DNA of 64,000 bases from Clostridia bacterium (GCA_036654095.1 JAVVSR010000008.1:6878-70877), one strand, 5' to 3'; shown: positions 38,150-48,695, counted from the first letter of the stretch. Numbers and translations are program-made. The notes: generated from the letters alone by a model not told the origin.

Positions 38150-41100
38150 TTACTTTTCATTTAAATCATTGTACTTTTCTTCTTTAGCTTTTTCATCAAT
38201 AGCCTTAGCTTTAATGATTTTGCGCTTAGGAAGATACTTTTTAATAAAGTAAACAATTAAAACAACAATAAGCACTGCGCCAAAAATCAATGAGCTAAAG
38301 AGCAGCCAATTAAAGTTACTTGGACGTTTTGCGCCTTCGTCAGGTTTTGCAGGGACTTCGGGGGTAACGCTAGAGTCGTTTTTATCAACGTACTTTTTAA
38401 CAAAGTCGCCAATGGTTGCCTTTTCAAAGTCTTCTTTTGAAATTGTTGCAAACTCGACATCGTCAAACAGGGCAAAGCCAGTGCAATATTTAGCAGACTC
38501 GCCAATAAGTGTACCAAGTCCCAACTCAACAGTGATGTTTCCTAATGAGTTTTCAGCGTCGGTAGCAACATAGAAGTCATAACGCTTGTATTCATTTGAG
38601 TTAAAATAGAATACATTTTCTTCATTGATGTTAAATTTGCTTGGTAAATTAAGTTTAATATAAGCCTTTTGTCCATCAGGAACTTCATAGGTTTTAGCCC
38701 AAACGCTAATGCGGTTATAAGTGGCCTTAGACAACGTTTTGCTGTTTCCTGTGAACGCGTACGCGCCCGCGGTTTTATTGTTTATAATAAGCAGGTTAGA
38801 GCCAGCGTGAGAAACAAGGTTAGCGCGTAGCTCGTCTTCATTTGGCATACCAACAAAGTTATAAGTAGGTAAATTTAAAACCCCGGCATTTATAGTAGCG
38901 GTAATGTCTTTATGCGTATTATCTTTTCCATTCCAGCCTGATGGAGAGAGGAACTTGCTGTCTGCGTGAGCAGAGTCGCTAGCTAAGCCGAAGCTGTCAA
39001 TAGCAAAAGTAACATTTTTAATTTCGTTTATTTCGGAATTGACGATTGCCGACTCAAAAATCTCTTTAGTGCTTTCTTGAAGCCTAACGCTATCAAAGAA
39101 AACTACTCCGCCTTCAGCGGTACTTTCTGTGGTGAGCGTTGTGGGTTTATTGTTTTTACCTAGGTATAAACCAAGTTGTACGCTGACACTTGAAACGCCG
39201 ACTTTAATTCGGAAAGTATGTTTTTTCCAACCATTTGTATCAACAGCGGACGAATAAGTGCTGATATTTGTAAACGCAGATTCATTGTCGTGCTTGTTAT
39301 CTGTAATTAGATATACGCTGGCAGCGGAATCGGGGTCAACGGTTTTAACTAAAACACTTAATTCATAATACTTATTTGCCTCAAGCGTAGTAGTATTAGT
39401 TGTTTTGTAGCCTAATGACACAAATTCATCTTTTGAAGTAACGGATTTGCTAGCAAGCATTAATGATGTGTTTCCGCCACAATACTCAAACAGTTCAATG
39501 CTACCTTTGGGATTAGTAAAGAACAGTTTGTCAAATTCGGCAGTATTTATCAACCCAGTTTTTTCAAGGTTAGTTAAAAGCGCCTTTTTCTCAGTGTCAA
39601 CAATACCATAGTATGAGTCGGCGATTGTGCTGTTGGTAATACTCCACCCTGAGGGAACACCAAAGTTTTTGCTTAATTTAGCGTCAGCGCCTTCGCCAAC
39701 AATACCGCCATTGGTCAGCCCCTCAACCTTAGACAAGTCATACGAACTAAATGAGCCATTTGTAAACGAGTTGGGTTGCGCTTCAATAAAGTTATACTTT
39801 TTAGCAAAGGAACTACTTGAAGACGCGCTGTTATATTGCGAATAAGTTGACTTAGTTAATGAAACGTTAGCGATATACGCTTCGCCACTAAACAAGGTTT
39901 CGCTAGTCCACTTTGTGCCTGTGCCGAATGAAACGTCAAATGTTATGTCATATGATTCGCTATCGGTGTAGAAATAGCAAACAACTTCCTTATATCCATT
40001 AAGGTCATCGGTTGCGCCTTTTGTGTTTAGTTTAGTGAATGACGCTAAAGATTTATCTCCAGACTTGATTTCAACACCAACACCAGCGGTTTCTAAAACG
40101 TCAACAGTTTTAATCCACAAGCTGAAACGGTAAGCAGTATATGGTGTTAGCGTTAAAGTATTGCCGTCAAGTTTGTAGTCAAATTTATATTGCGTTGCGT
40201 TTGGCGAGTACAACATAAATACATTTTCATTAAATACCTTATAGGGCGTATTGGGATTTTTGAAAACCTTATCAATGCCAGGTATAGTAATGTCAGCGCC
40301 GTTTGCTTGTACGATTTGAGTTTTAACTTTTGAAATGTCAAAACCATTATATTTAGTGCTGTCTGTTTTGTCCACTGCGGTTATCCAACCATCGGTAGCT
40401 TGGTTAAAGTATCCGTTTGAAATCAAGTTTTCAGAAATATTAGTAGTTAAATTTCTCTTTTCAAACTTGTCATCATCGACACTTGCGGTGGCGACTGTGG
40501 AATCAAAGTCAGAGTTAGATGGAATAGTTAGTTCGGTAATAGATAACTTGTCAAAGAAAGCAGTGCCACTACTATGCGTGTCGGTTTCAGTTGAGTTACC
40601 CGTGCCAAGCCAATATTGGAAGAAAAACTCGCTTGCGTTGTTTTGGTTAGAATAGATATAAAAACTATATTTTTTCCATTCGCCAGCGGTATTAATGTTT
40701 GAAACTTTAATATCGTCAGACGCGTTGTCGGAGGCCATACCCATAATAAGCGAAACACCGCCGCCATCAACATTCAACGTTTTGACGTACATTGAAACTT
40801 GGAATGCGCGTCCACGAGGGAAGTATAGCTTTTCCGATGTTGAAAAACCAATAGCGGTTTTTGATTTGCTGTTAAGCATATAGATATTGCTACCAATACT
40901 TCCAGGAGCAGTGCCGGGGTTATCCGTAAGGCCTAAAGCCTCTTTGTTTGCCTCAAAGTAAACAGGATTGGTATTAATTTGATTATATACAGAAATATTT
41001 GAAATACCTTTTCGGCCAAACAGCGCAGGGTTAGAACCCGACATAAAGTCAAACTCGCCATTCGGAATTTGCGCGGTAACTTTTTTAACTACATTACTTT

Positions 41101-41932
41101 CGGTAGCTTTTTCGTAGGTGTCTTGGCTTTCCGCTTTGATAGGGGTCAAAGTGACGTTATCAAAGAAAGCGTATCCGCTAGTCAGATATTCGCTAGTGTT
41201 GGCGCTCGAAGTATCGCCTTTGCCTAAAGCGAGCATTAAATAAACTGTTTTAGATGACGCGCTAGAACCTTGCACATAGAACTTATAAGTTGTCCACTCG
41301 GTATCTTTAATGCCAACAAACTCGCCATACAGCGCGCTTGAGCCATATAAATAGATACGCGCACCTGCATTTTGTGGTAGGGTAGCTTTAGGATTGCCAG
41401 CTATACCAGATGTTTTAACATCAACGGTTATAATATAGTCGGTGTCTTTAGAAATGGTGAAACTCGACGAGGTGTAGTTATAAAATGTCGGCTCACGATT
41501 ATAAATCATCAAGACGTTGTCGTCAACATTGTAACCTTCGGCAGTCGTTGCCTTTTTATTGAATATAGGCAAATTGTCCCAAGACTTTTTGTAGGCCTCG
41601 TAATCTTCGCCTTTTAGCGAAACAGTTCCGCTAGTCGTTTTACTGGCGGCGGGGAAAGCTGTGGCTGAATCGGACGGCTTAATTTGGCTAGCGCTTGCGC
41701 CACTTCCACTCCACCCTGTGGGGTTACGAGGATAAACTTTGTCCGTATCACTTGTGGACGTTGTGAGGAAGTTGCCGTTTGTAAAGCTAGGGTCAACAAC
41801 CTTTGTGTCGTCGCCCGGCTTTTTGCCTTCATCGCTAGGCTTCTTGTTGCAAGCAACCATTAAAGACATTGATGCGATAAGCATAAGGACTACTAGAATA
41901 GTAAGAAATTTTTTAAAAGCAGATTTGTTCAT
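38150..41932 (-). CDS. 1260-aa cell-surface protein: lipoprotein signal, five CBM4/9-like repeats, C-terminal TM anchor
   Basis: The lipobox is SMSLMVAC. There are five ~180-230-aa repeats. Each starts with NG.F, carries a V/WKT strand, and ends in FFDNVTL / FFDKLSI / YIANVSL / VFFDSVRL / ALFDDVEF. The C-terminal TM helix is LLFSSLIFGAVLIVVLIVYFI, followed by a basic tail. Confidence 0.7.
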   Translation of the reverse strand: MNKSAFKKFLTILVVLMLIASMSLMVACNKKPSDEGKKPGDDTKVVDPSFTNGNFLTTSTSDTDKVYPRNPTGWSGSGASASQIKPSDSATAFPAASKTTSGTVSLKGEDYEAYKKSWDNLPIFNKKATTAEGYNVDDNVLMIYNREPTFYNYTSSSFTISKDTDYIITVDVKTSGIAGNPKATLPQNAGARIYLYGSSALYGEFVGIKDTEWTTYKFYVQGSSASSKTVYLMLALGKGDTSSANTSEYLTSGYAFFDNVTLTPIKAESQDTYEKATESNVVKKVTAQIPNGEFDFMSGSNPALFGRKGISNISVYNQINTNPVYFEANKEALGLTDNPGTAPGSIGSNIYMLNSKSKTAIGFSTSEKLYFPRGRAFQVSMYVKTLNVDGGGVSLIMGMASDNASDDIKVSNINTAGEWKKYSFYIYSNQNNASEFFFQYWLGTGNSTETDTHSSGTAFFDKLSITELTIPSNSDFDSTVATASVDDDKFEKRNLTTNISENLISNGYFNQATDGWITAVDKTDSTKYNGFDISKVKTQIVQANGADITIPGIDKVFKNPNTPYKVFNENVFMLYSPNATQYKFDYKLDGNTLTLTPYTAYRFSLWIKTVDVLETAGVGVEIKSGDKSLASFTKLNTKGATDDLNGYKEVVCYFYTDSESYDITFDVSFGTGTKWTSETLFSGEAYIANVSLTKSTYSQYNSASSSSSFAKKYNFIEAQPNSFTNGSFSSYDLSKVEGLTNGGIVGEGADAKLSKNFGVPSGWSITNSTIADSYYGIVDTEKKALLTNLEKTGLINTAEFDKLFFTNPKGSIELFEYCGGNTSLMLASKSVTSKDEFVSLGYKTTNTTTLEANKYYELSVLVKTVDPDSAASVYLITDNKHDNESAFTNISTYSSAVDTNGWKKHTFRIKVGVSSVSVQLGLYLGKNNKPTTLTTESTAEGGVVFFDSVRLQESTKEIFESAIVNSEINEIKNVTFAIDSFGLASDSAHADSKFLSPSGWNGKDNTHKDITATINAGVLNLPTYNFVGMPNEDELRANLVSHAGSNLLIINNKTAGAYAFTGNSKTLSKATYNRISVWAKTYEVPDGQKAYIKLNLPSKFNINEENVFYFNSNEYKRYDFYVATDAENSLGNITVELGLGTLIGESAKYCTGFALFDDVEFATISKEDFEKATIGDFVKKYVDKNDSSVTPEVPAKPDEGAKRPSNFNWLLFSSLIFGAVLIVVLIVYFIKKYLPKRKIIKAKAIDEKAKEEKYNDLNEK

Positions 41933-42090
41933 TTTTACTCCTGTTCTATTTAGCTATAGTGTAGACGTATTACTTAATAATAGATATACCATAGCATTAT
42001 AATACATAAATAAATTTTTGGCAATTATATTTTACCTATGCGCGAATATATTATAGTATTTTTTTTAATATAATACAAACAATATTAACT

Positions 42091-42480
42091 ATGGAAAAAT
42101 ATCGCATCTTAACGGCTAAGGACGAAATTAAAATAAATAGCTTGCTGATAGTAGGCGGACTTATAACTGGATTTGCAAATGGTTTCTTTGGCGGAGGTGG
42201 CGGAATGTTAGTTGTACCGCTACTGACTATAATTTTAAAGTTAAGCGAAAAGCAAAGCCACGCGACAGCAATCGCCATAATACTTCCGCTGTCAATAATT
42301 AGCGCGGCAGCGTATTTAGCAAAGGGAATAACTGGCGGAGAATGGCTGACTTCGGTAACGGTTGGTGTTGTTATCGGTGGCGCGATAGGCGCGGTCTTGT
42401 TGTCAAAACTTTCGACAAAGCTAGTTTCTGGGATATTTTATGTTGTCATGATAGCGGCTGGAATACGTATGTTGATGTGA
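42091..42480 (+). CDS. Half-size TauE/SafE (DUF81) family membrane protein, N-half equivalent
   Basis: A 129-aa protein with 4 TM helices and the signature GFANGFFGGGGGMLVVPLL. Confidence 0.7.
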   Translation: MEKYRILTAKDEIKINSLLIVGGLITGFANGFFGGGGGMLVVPLLTIILKLSEKQSHATAIAIILPLSIISAAAYLAKGITGGEWLTSVTVGVVIGGAIGAVLLSKLSTKLVSGIFYVVMIAAGIRMLM

Positions 42481-42885
42481 TATTAAATAAAATCAAAATT
42501 TGTTAAAGGCTGTAAAATAATTTTTAAAAGTAACAGGAAAATTAACAATTTTGACAGTTCAATCTGTTAGCGCTATATGATAAAAAAAAGTAAATAAGCA
42601 AGTTGATAATTACATCAAAATTTAACAGATTTTTTTAAAACAAATAAAATTAAAATCGAAAAGCAAGTAGCGCCTACTTTTTATTTTAAATTGTGTTTTA
42701 GGCTAAGAAAATATAATGATATATTTAAGCAAAAATAGTTAAACTATTTGTAAAATTGTGTAAAATAAAGTAAAAATATGTTGTACAAATATATTTAATT
42801 TTATTGTTTAATCAATTTAATTAAAGTATTAAGAAATGTAGCAAATTGCAGTTTATAAGATAAAATTATAGGATAAAGGATTATT

Positions 42886-43260
42886 ATGGAAATTATATAC
42901 ATTATTTTTGGCATTATCGGAGGGATTTTGGGAGGCATGGGAATGGGTGGTGGAACATTGCTTATTCCGTTGCTTTCAGTGTTTTTAAACGTTCCTCAGC
43001 ATTCTGCTCAACTCATTAATCTTTTGGCATTTATTCCAATGAGTGTTATTGCGTTGGCCGTTCATATTAAAAACAAATTGGTAGTATGGTCAAGGCTACT
43101 TTATATAATCGTCCCCGCGGGAATTTCAGCCGTTGTTTCAAGCATACTTGCGGTCGGCGCAAACACTGAAATATTAAAAAAAGGTTTCGGAATTTTTTTA
43201 ATTGTTCTTGGTACGGTTTACTTGTTTTTTACGCTTTTTCAAAAAAAAATTAAGGGATAA
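42886..43260 (+). CDS. Half-size TauE/SafE (DUF81) family membrane protein, C-half equivalent
   Basis: A 124-aa protein with 4 TM helices and the signature GILGGMGMGGGTLLIPLL. AAAGGA lies upstream. Confidence 0.7.
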   Translation: MEIIYIIFGIIGGILGGMGMGGGTLLIPLLSVFLNVPQHSAQLINLLAFIPMSVIALAVHIKNKLVVWSRLLYIIVPAGISAVVSSILAVGANTEILKKGFGIFLIVLGTVYLFFTLFQKKIKG

Positions 43261-43408
43261 AAGGACGATTATTAAAAAACATTTCATTAAAATTAAATTG
43301 TTATAAAAAAATCATTTTAATATATTTTTTAATGTAATTTAACGCAAAACTCTAATGCAAAACAGTTTTAGAATTTAATTTTTACTAAGCGAATATGTTG
43401 TAAATTTG

Positions 43409-43438
43409 GCAATACAATATTTGGGTATTGCTTTTTTT
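43409..43438 (+). terminator. Intrinsic terminator
   Basis: GCAATAC-AATATTTGG-GTATTGC followed by TTTTTTT. Confidence 0.6.
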
Positions 43439-43778
43439 ATTTTAAATTAAATTAGGTGTTAATTTTAAAACAATAAAATTTATGCAGATGTTAAATTTTT
43501 TAAAGCAAACAGTAATTTTAACTTTTAAAGTAGCGCTTATCTTATATTTATAAAACTTTTTAAGCGAGCATTTTTAAAAAATAACTTATATTTTCTAAAT
43601 TTTGGTTAAATTTTATATATAAGCGACAATATTTTGCAAATAAACATTTTTTATTTGAAAGTTTGTCATTTTTCTATGTTATTTATTTAACTTTCAAACA
43701 ATATGTTTTAAATAATTTACAAAAAAAATATAGTATGATATCCTATATAAGTAAAAATTAATAAGGGGGTTCTTTGCC

Positions 43779-45074
43779 TTGAACTATACTTTTAAACGAG
43801 GGGTGCATCCTAACTCTTTTAAGTTGACAAATGACTGCAATTTAGTTGAAATGTCAACGCCGAAGACGGTATGTATTCCACTATCTCAGCACATTGGTGC
43901 TCCGGCTCAACCCGTTGTCAATGTTGGCGACTCTGTTCTCGAGGGTATGCTAATTGGGAAAGCGGGCGGTTTTGTGTCGGCCAATGTGTATTCGTCTGTA
44001 TCCGGCACGGTTACAGGTTTCAAAATGTTGCCTACTGCAAGCGGTTCATATTGCAATCACGTTGTCATTGACAATGATGAAAAATATGACAAAGTTACGC
44101 TTGAAAAGTTGGACAACCCAACTAAGGAGCAGATTGTTTCGCGCATTACCGAAGCGGGTATTGTTGGTATGGGTGGCGCAACATTTCCTACTCACGTTAA
44201 GTTGATGCCAAAAAAAGCGGTTGATGTTTTAATTATTAACGCTGCCGAATGTGAGCCGTACATAACTTGTGATTACAGGTTATTGCTTGAAAATACTGCC
44301 GATTTTATTGACGGTGTGCTTTTACTTAAAAAAGCGTTGGGCGTAAGCACAGTTTACATTGGCGTTGAAAAAAACAAACCCGCCGCCATTGAAAAGCTTA
44401 CTCGCGAGGCTAAGGACGGTATTCAAATTATACCTCTTACGGTCAAGTATCCTCAAGGCGCAGAGAAACAACTTATTTACGCAATTACCAGACGTTGTGT
44501 TCCAGCGGGTGGTTTGCCAATGGATATTGGCGTTGTTGTTGACAACGTGCATACTGCATACGCTGTTTGTCGCGCTGTTAAATATGGCGAGCCATTGTAT
44601 CGTCGCGCTATGACAGTTTCGGGCAAGGGCATCAATAAGCCGGGCAATTTCTGGGTCAGAAACGGGGTATCGTATGACTATATTCATAAACAAACGCAAG
44701 GTGGCGAGCCTTACATAGCTTATGTTAAAGTTATTAGTGGCGGGCCTATGATGGGCTTTGCGCAAAGTACGCTTGATGCGGTTACGTCAAAGGGTAGTTC
44801 AAGCTTGCTGTTTTTAACTGAAGATGAGGTTACCACTGCAAAGCAAACAGCTTGTATTAATTGCGCAGGTTGCGCTAAGGTTTGCCCAATGCACTTAATG
44901 CCAATGAAAATTGAAGCTGCGGTTTTAAGAGATGACGCTCAAGACGCTAAGGATTTGGGTATTTTAAATTGTATGGAGTGTGGAAGTTGCGCGTTTAATT
45001 GTCCTGCAAAGCGTCCGTTGACACAAGCCATCAAACTTGGTAAAAAAATGATTAAAGAAAGGGGGATAAAGTAA
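43779..45074 (+). CDS. rnfC: Rnf electron transport complex subunit C
   Basis: Contains FKRGVHP, GMGGATFPTHVK and two ferredoxin motifs (CINCAGCAKVCP, CMECGSCAFNCP). The start is TTG, preceded by AAGGGGG. Confidence 0.9.
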   Translation: MNYTFKRGVHPNSFKLTNDCNLVEMSTPKTVCIPLSQHIGAPAQPVVNVGDSVLEGMLIGKAGGFVSANVYSSVSGTVTGFKMLPTASGSYCNHVVIDNDEKYDKVTLEKLDNPTKEQIVSRITEAGIVGMGGATFPTHVKLMPKKAVDVLIINAAECEPYITCDYRLLLENTADFIDGVLLLKKALGVSTVYIGVEKNKPAAIEKLTREAKDGIQIIPLTVKYPQGAEKQLIYAITRRCVPAGGLPMDIGVVVDNVHTAYAVCRAVKYGEPLYRRAMTVSGKGINKPGNFWVRNGVSYDYIHKQTQGGEPYIAYVKVISGGPMMGFAQSTLDAVTSKGSSSLLFLTEDEVTTAKQTACINCAGCAKVCPMHLMPMKIEAAVLRDDAQDAKDLGILNCMECGSCAFNCPAKRPLTQAIKLGKKMIKERGIK

Positions 45075-46096
45075 TGAACAATTCATATGTTGTGTCAACA
45101 TCTCCTCACGTGACATCGCCTAAAACTACACGTAAAATTATGGCAGACGTTATTATCGCGTTAATGCCAGCGCTTCTCGCGTCTATTTTACTATTTGGGT
45201 TTTATCCGCTAGTTGTGTGCATATTATCCGTCGCTTCCGCTATGTTTGGCGAATGGATGTACAATAAAATGCGCAAGAGGGAAAATACATTACACGACCT
45301 TTCAGCGGTTGTTACGGGCTTGATTTTAGGTTTAAACTTGCCTCCAGTGCTGCCATTGTACGTTCCAATTATTGGCGGTGTGTTTGCAACGCTGATTGTA
45401 AAAATGCTTTTTGGCGGTATTGGTAAAAACTTTGCTAACCCTGCTATTACAGCGCGTATATTCGTTATGCTTGCTTGGACAATTCCAATGTCGAGATACG
45501 TTGCTCCTATCGACTTGGGACAAGGCTTTTCTGAAATGTTTAAATATTTTGGAATGAATGGAACCGAGTTGACTGCAATTTCTACCGCTACTCCGCTTCA
45601 CGCTTTAAAGACGGGCGTTACAAGCGTAAATTTTGCCGACTTATTCCTTGGGAAAATTGGTGGCTCAGCAGGTGAGGTTTCCGCGCTTGCGTTAATAATC
45701 GGCGGTGTTTATTTGGCTATCCGTAAAGTTATTGACCTTAAAGTTCCACTTATTTTTATAGCTACATATTTCTTAATTACATTATTACTATATAAGAGCT
45801 TTGATGTGGCATTGTTTGGTGTGTTCTCAGGTGGTTTGTTGCTGGGCGCTATTTTTATGGCTACCGACTATTCAACTTCGCCTGATACCGTCATCGGCAT
45901 TTGCATTTATGCGGCGGGCTGTGGCTTGCTAACTGCTATCTTTAGAAAATATGGCACTATGCCAGAGGGCGTTTCATTTGCTATCCTTTTAATGAATATC
46001 ATTACTCCGTTATTGGATAAATATTTGATGCCTAAACCTTTTGGATATGTTAAGCCGATAAAATCTAAAAAAGGCGCAAAGGAGGTACAAGCATAA
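45074..46096 (+). CDS. rnfD: Rnf complex subunit D
   Basis: A polytopic NqrB/RnfD-type protein with the GAIFMATDYSTSP flavinylation region. Its start overlaps the rnfC stop by 1 nt. Confidence 0.9.
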   Translation: MNNSYVVSTSPHVTSPKTTRKIMADVIIALMPALLASILLFGFYPLVVCILSVASAMFGEWMYNKMRKRENTLHDLSAVVTGLILGLNLPPVLPLYVPIIGGVFATLIVKMLFGGIGKNFANPAITARIFVMLAWTIPMSRYVAPIDLGQGFSEMFKYFGMNGTELTAISTATPLHALKTGVTSVNFADLFLGKIGGSAGEVSALALIIGGVYLAIRKVIDLKVPLIFIATYFLITLLLYKSFDVALFGVFSGGLLLGAIFMATDYSTSPDTVIGICIYAAGCGLLTAIFRKYGTMPEGVSFAILLMNIITPLLDKYLMPKPFGYVKPIKSKKGAKEVQA

Positions 46097-46662
46097 TGAA
46101 AGATATTGTTAAAACCGCCATTATTTTAAGTTTAATCGCTATTGTTGCAGGCGTTTTGTTAGGCGCGGTAAATGGCTTAACCTATATGACTGACGAGGAA
46201 AAACTTAATAGAAACTTAAATAGTGCTTATGAAAGCAAAGATGGCTATGAGGCCGTCGACTTAACTAAATATAAAGCTCCCGAAGGTAGCGTTGCAAAAC
46301 TCAAAAGTTGTTACAAGGCTAAGGGCGCGACAGACGAAGTTTATATTTACAGCACTAATGTCAAAGGATATAAAAAGAATTTGGAGCTTATGATTGTTGT
46401 GAAAAACAATAAAATCATTAATATTGTAAAAACCGCTTCGGGCGAAACTATTGCGAAGCCTCTAAGCGCGGAAAACTTTAGCAAATACTATGACATCGAC
46501 TTGACAAAAACTAAAGGCTTCCATACAAATAAGCAAACCGCTGATAAAGATAAGACGGGTGTTACTGTAATTAGTGGCGCTACACTTTCTTCAAACGGTA
46601 TTTGTAACAGCATTGACCTTGTTGTTGCTTATCACAATCAAATTGTAGGGGGGAAAGCATAA
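46096..46662 (+). CDS. rnfG: Rnf complex subunit G
   Basis: An N-terminal TM helix plus an FMN-binding domain with the ISGATLSS motif. The start is coupled to the rnfD stop (TAATG). Confidence 0.88.
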   Translation: MKDIVKTAIILSLIAIVAGVLLGAVNGLTYMTDEEKLNRNLNSAYESKDGYEAVDLTKYKAPEGSVAKLKSCYKAKGATDEVYIYSTNVKGYKKNLELMIVVKNNKIINIVKTASGETIAKPLSAENFSKYYDIDLTKTKGFHTNKQTADKDKTGVTVISGATLSSNGICNSIDLVVAYHNQIVGGKA

Positions 46663-47303
46663 TGAAAAAAAATAGTAAAGCCGCTATTGTTTCTAACGGC
46701 ATTATAAAAAACAACCCTATTTTCAGGCTTGTATTAGGTATGTGTCCTACGCTTGCTTTGTCTACGGCTGCGATGAACGGTATCTATATGGGGCTTGCGG
46801 TTACATTTGTTCTTATTTGTTCAAATGCATTGATTTCCTTGCTTAGAAAGGTTATCCCCGATAAAGTTCGTATTCCAGCATTCGTTTTGATTATTGCGAC
46901 TTTCGTTACTTTAATTGATATGATATTAGGTAGGTTTATGCCCGACGTTTATGAGATTTTAGGTTTGTATCTCCCTCTTATCGTTGTTAACTGTATTATT
47001 CTTGCTCGCGCAGAAGCTTTCGCTTCATCAAATAAAGTTATTGACAGCGCATTAGACGGCTTAGGTATGGGCTTAGGATTTACTTTATCGCTAACCGTCA
47101 TCGGCGCAATTCGTGAATTTATCGGCGCAGGCTCGGTGTTCGGGTTTGAGTTGGGCGCACTTCCCAACGTGGCTATGAGCGTTGTTGTTATGGCTCCCGG
47201 CGGATTTTTAACTCTCGGTCTCCTTATGGCTTTATTAAATTATATACAAATCCGCAAAAAAAACAAGGCTACGGTTCCCGTTGCTGTAAAGGAGGGCAAG
47301 TAA
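46662..47303 (+). CDS. rnfE: Rnf complex subunit E
   Basis: NqrD/RnfE-type six-helix protein (LGMCPTLA, LYLPLIVVNCIIL). Confidence 0.88.
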   Translation: MKKNSKAAIVSNGIIKNNPIFRLVLGMCPTLALSTAAMNGIYMGLAVTFVLICSNALISLLRKVIPDKVRIPAFVLIIATFVTLIDMILGRFMPDVYEILGLYLPLIVVNCIILARAEAFASSNKVIDSALDGLGMGLGFTLSLTVIGAIREFIGAGSVFGFELGALPNVAMSVVVMAPGGFLTLGLLMALLNYIQIRKKNKATVPVAVKEGK

Positions 47304-47304
47304 T

Positions 47305-47889
47305 ATGTCATATATTTTAATTATTATTGGCGCGGTATTCGTTAATAACTTTATTCTAAGCCAATTTCTAGGTATTTGTCCATTCTTGGGCGTTTCTAAA
47401 AAAACAGAAAGCGCACTCGGTATGGGTTTGGCGGTTATCTTCGTTATGAGCGTGTCCTCGGTTATTACATATGCAGTAAATCTGCTTCTTGTAAAACTTA
47501 ATATTGAATATACGCAAACCATTGTGTTTATTTTGATTATTGCAGCTCTCGTTCAGTGTGTTGAAATTATCATTAAAAAGTTTAGCCCGTCACTTTATAA
47601 CGCTCTCGGAGTGTATCTTCCTTTGATTACAACAAACTGCGCAGTGCTAGGTGTAGCTATTGTCAACGTCGGCAAAACCGATGGTATGTTTGATTACAAT
47701 ATGCTTCAGGCATTTCTGAACGGCACATTCAGTGGTGTCGGCTTTACTTTGGCTATTGTTATGATGGCTGGTATTCGTGAAAAACTCGTGAATAGTGATA
47801 TTCCTGAACCCTTTAAAGGCTTCCCGATTACACTTGCCGCCGCGTCAATTATGAGTATGGCTTTTATCGCGTTTAGCGGTATTATATAG
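47305..47889 (+). CDS. rnfA: Rnf complex subunit A
   Basis: NqrE/RnfA-type protein (LSQFLGICPFLGVS, VYLPLITTNCAVLG). Confidence 0.88.
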   Translation: MSYILIIIGAVFVNNFILSQFLGICPFLGVSKKTESALGMGLAVIFVMSVSSVITYAVNLLLVKLNIEYTQTIVFILIIAALVQCVEIIIKKFSPSLYNALGVYLPLITTNCAVLGVAIVNVGKTDGMFDYNMLQAFLNGTFSGVGFTLAIVMMAGIREKLVNSDIPEPFKGFPITLAAASIMSMAFIAFSGII

Positions 47890-47900
47890 GAGGCGCAATT

Positions 47901-48695
47901 ATGGGAATTTTATTACCAACTTTAGTTTTATTCGGGCTTGCTTTGGTATTTGCCATCGCGCTTGCTTACTTGGGCAAAAAACTCGCCGTTAGTCGCGACG
48001 AGAGGATTGATTTAGTGCTTGCAAAATTGTCAGGCGCAAACTGCGGCGGTTGTGGTTACGCCGGTTGTGATGGTTTTGCTTGCGCGCTTGTTGAAGGCAC
48101 TGCTAAACTTTCTGATTGCAATGCCACTTCAAAAGAAAACAAAGAAGCTATTGCAGATATTCTTGGTGTTGACAACGTAGGCGAGGCTACTCGCGTAGTT
48201 GTTTGTTGCCGCGGCGGTAACGACGCTAAAGATAAGTACTCTTATATGGGCTATGGTGATTGCCGTTCTATGGAACTCTTGGCTGGTGGACGTAAACAAT
48301 GTCAATGGGGTTGCTTGGGTATGGGTTCTTGCGTGGATGCTTGTGTTGACCACGCTGTCGAAGTTAATATGAAAGGCTATTCCGAAATCAATCAAGAAAA
48401 ATGTATCACTTGCGGTAGGTGTATTAGCGTTTGTCCTAAAAAAATTATTAAGCGTATTCCTGCTTCTGCAAAATTCTATGTCGCTTGTTCAAATCACCAA
48501 AAAGGTAAGGAAGTTAAGGAACTATGCGCTAAAGGATGTATCGCTTGCGGACTGTGCGCTAAAGTTTGTGAAGCTGGCGCTATTACTATTGTTGACAACT
48601 TGGCTGTTATCGACTATTCAAAGTGTACTAATTGCGGAAAGTGTGCCGCAAAATGTCCACAACATTGCATTATGTCAGCCACCGACAAACAATAA
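47901..48695 (+). CDS. rnfB: Rnf complex subunit B (polyferredoxin type)
   Basis: An N-terminal TM helix, a CGGCGYAGCDGFA cluster and several CxxCxxCxxxCP motifs. AGGAGG lies upstream. Confidence 0.88.
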   Translation: MGILLPTLVLFGLALVFAIALAYLGKKLAVSRDERIDLVLAKLSGANCGGCGYAGCDGFACALVEGTAKLSDCNATSKENKEAIADILGVDNVGEATRVVVCCRGGNDAKDKYSYMGYGDCRSMELLAGGRKQCQWGCLGMGSCVDACVDHAVEVNMKGYSEINQEKCITCGRCISVCPKKIIKRIPASAKFYVACSNHQKGKEVKELCAKGCIACGLCAKVCEAGAITIVDNLAVIDYSKCTNCGKCAAKCPQHCIMSATDKQ

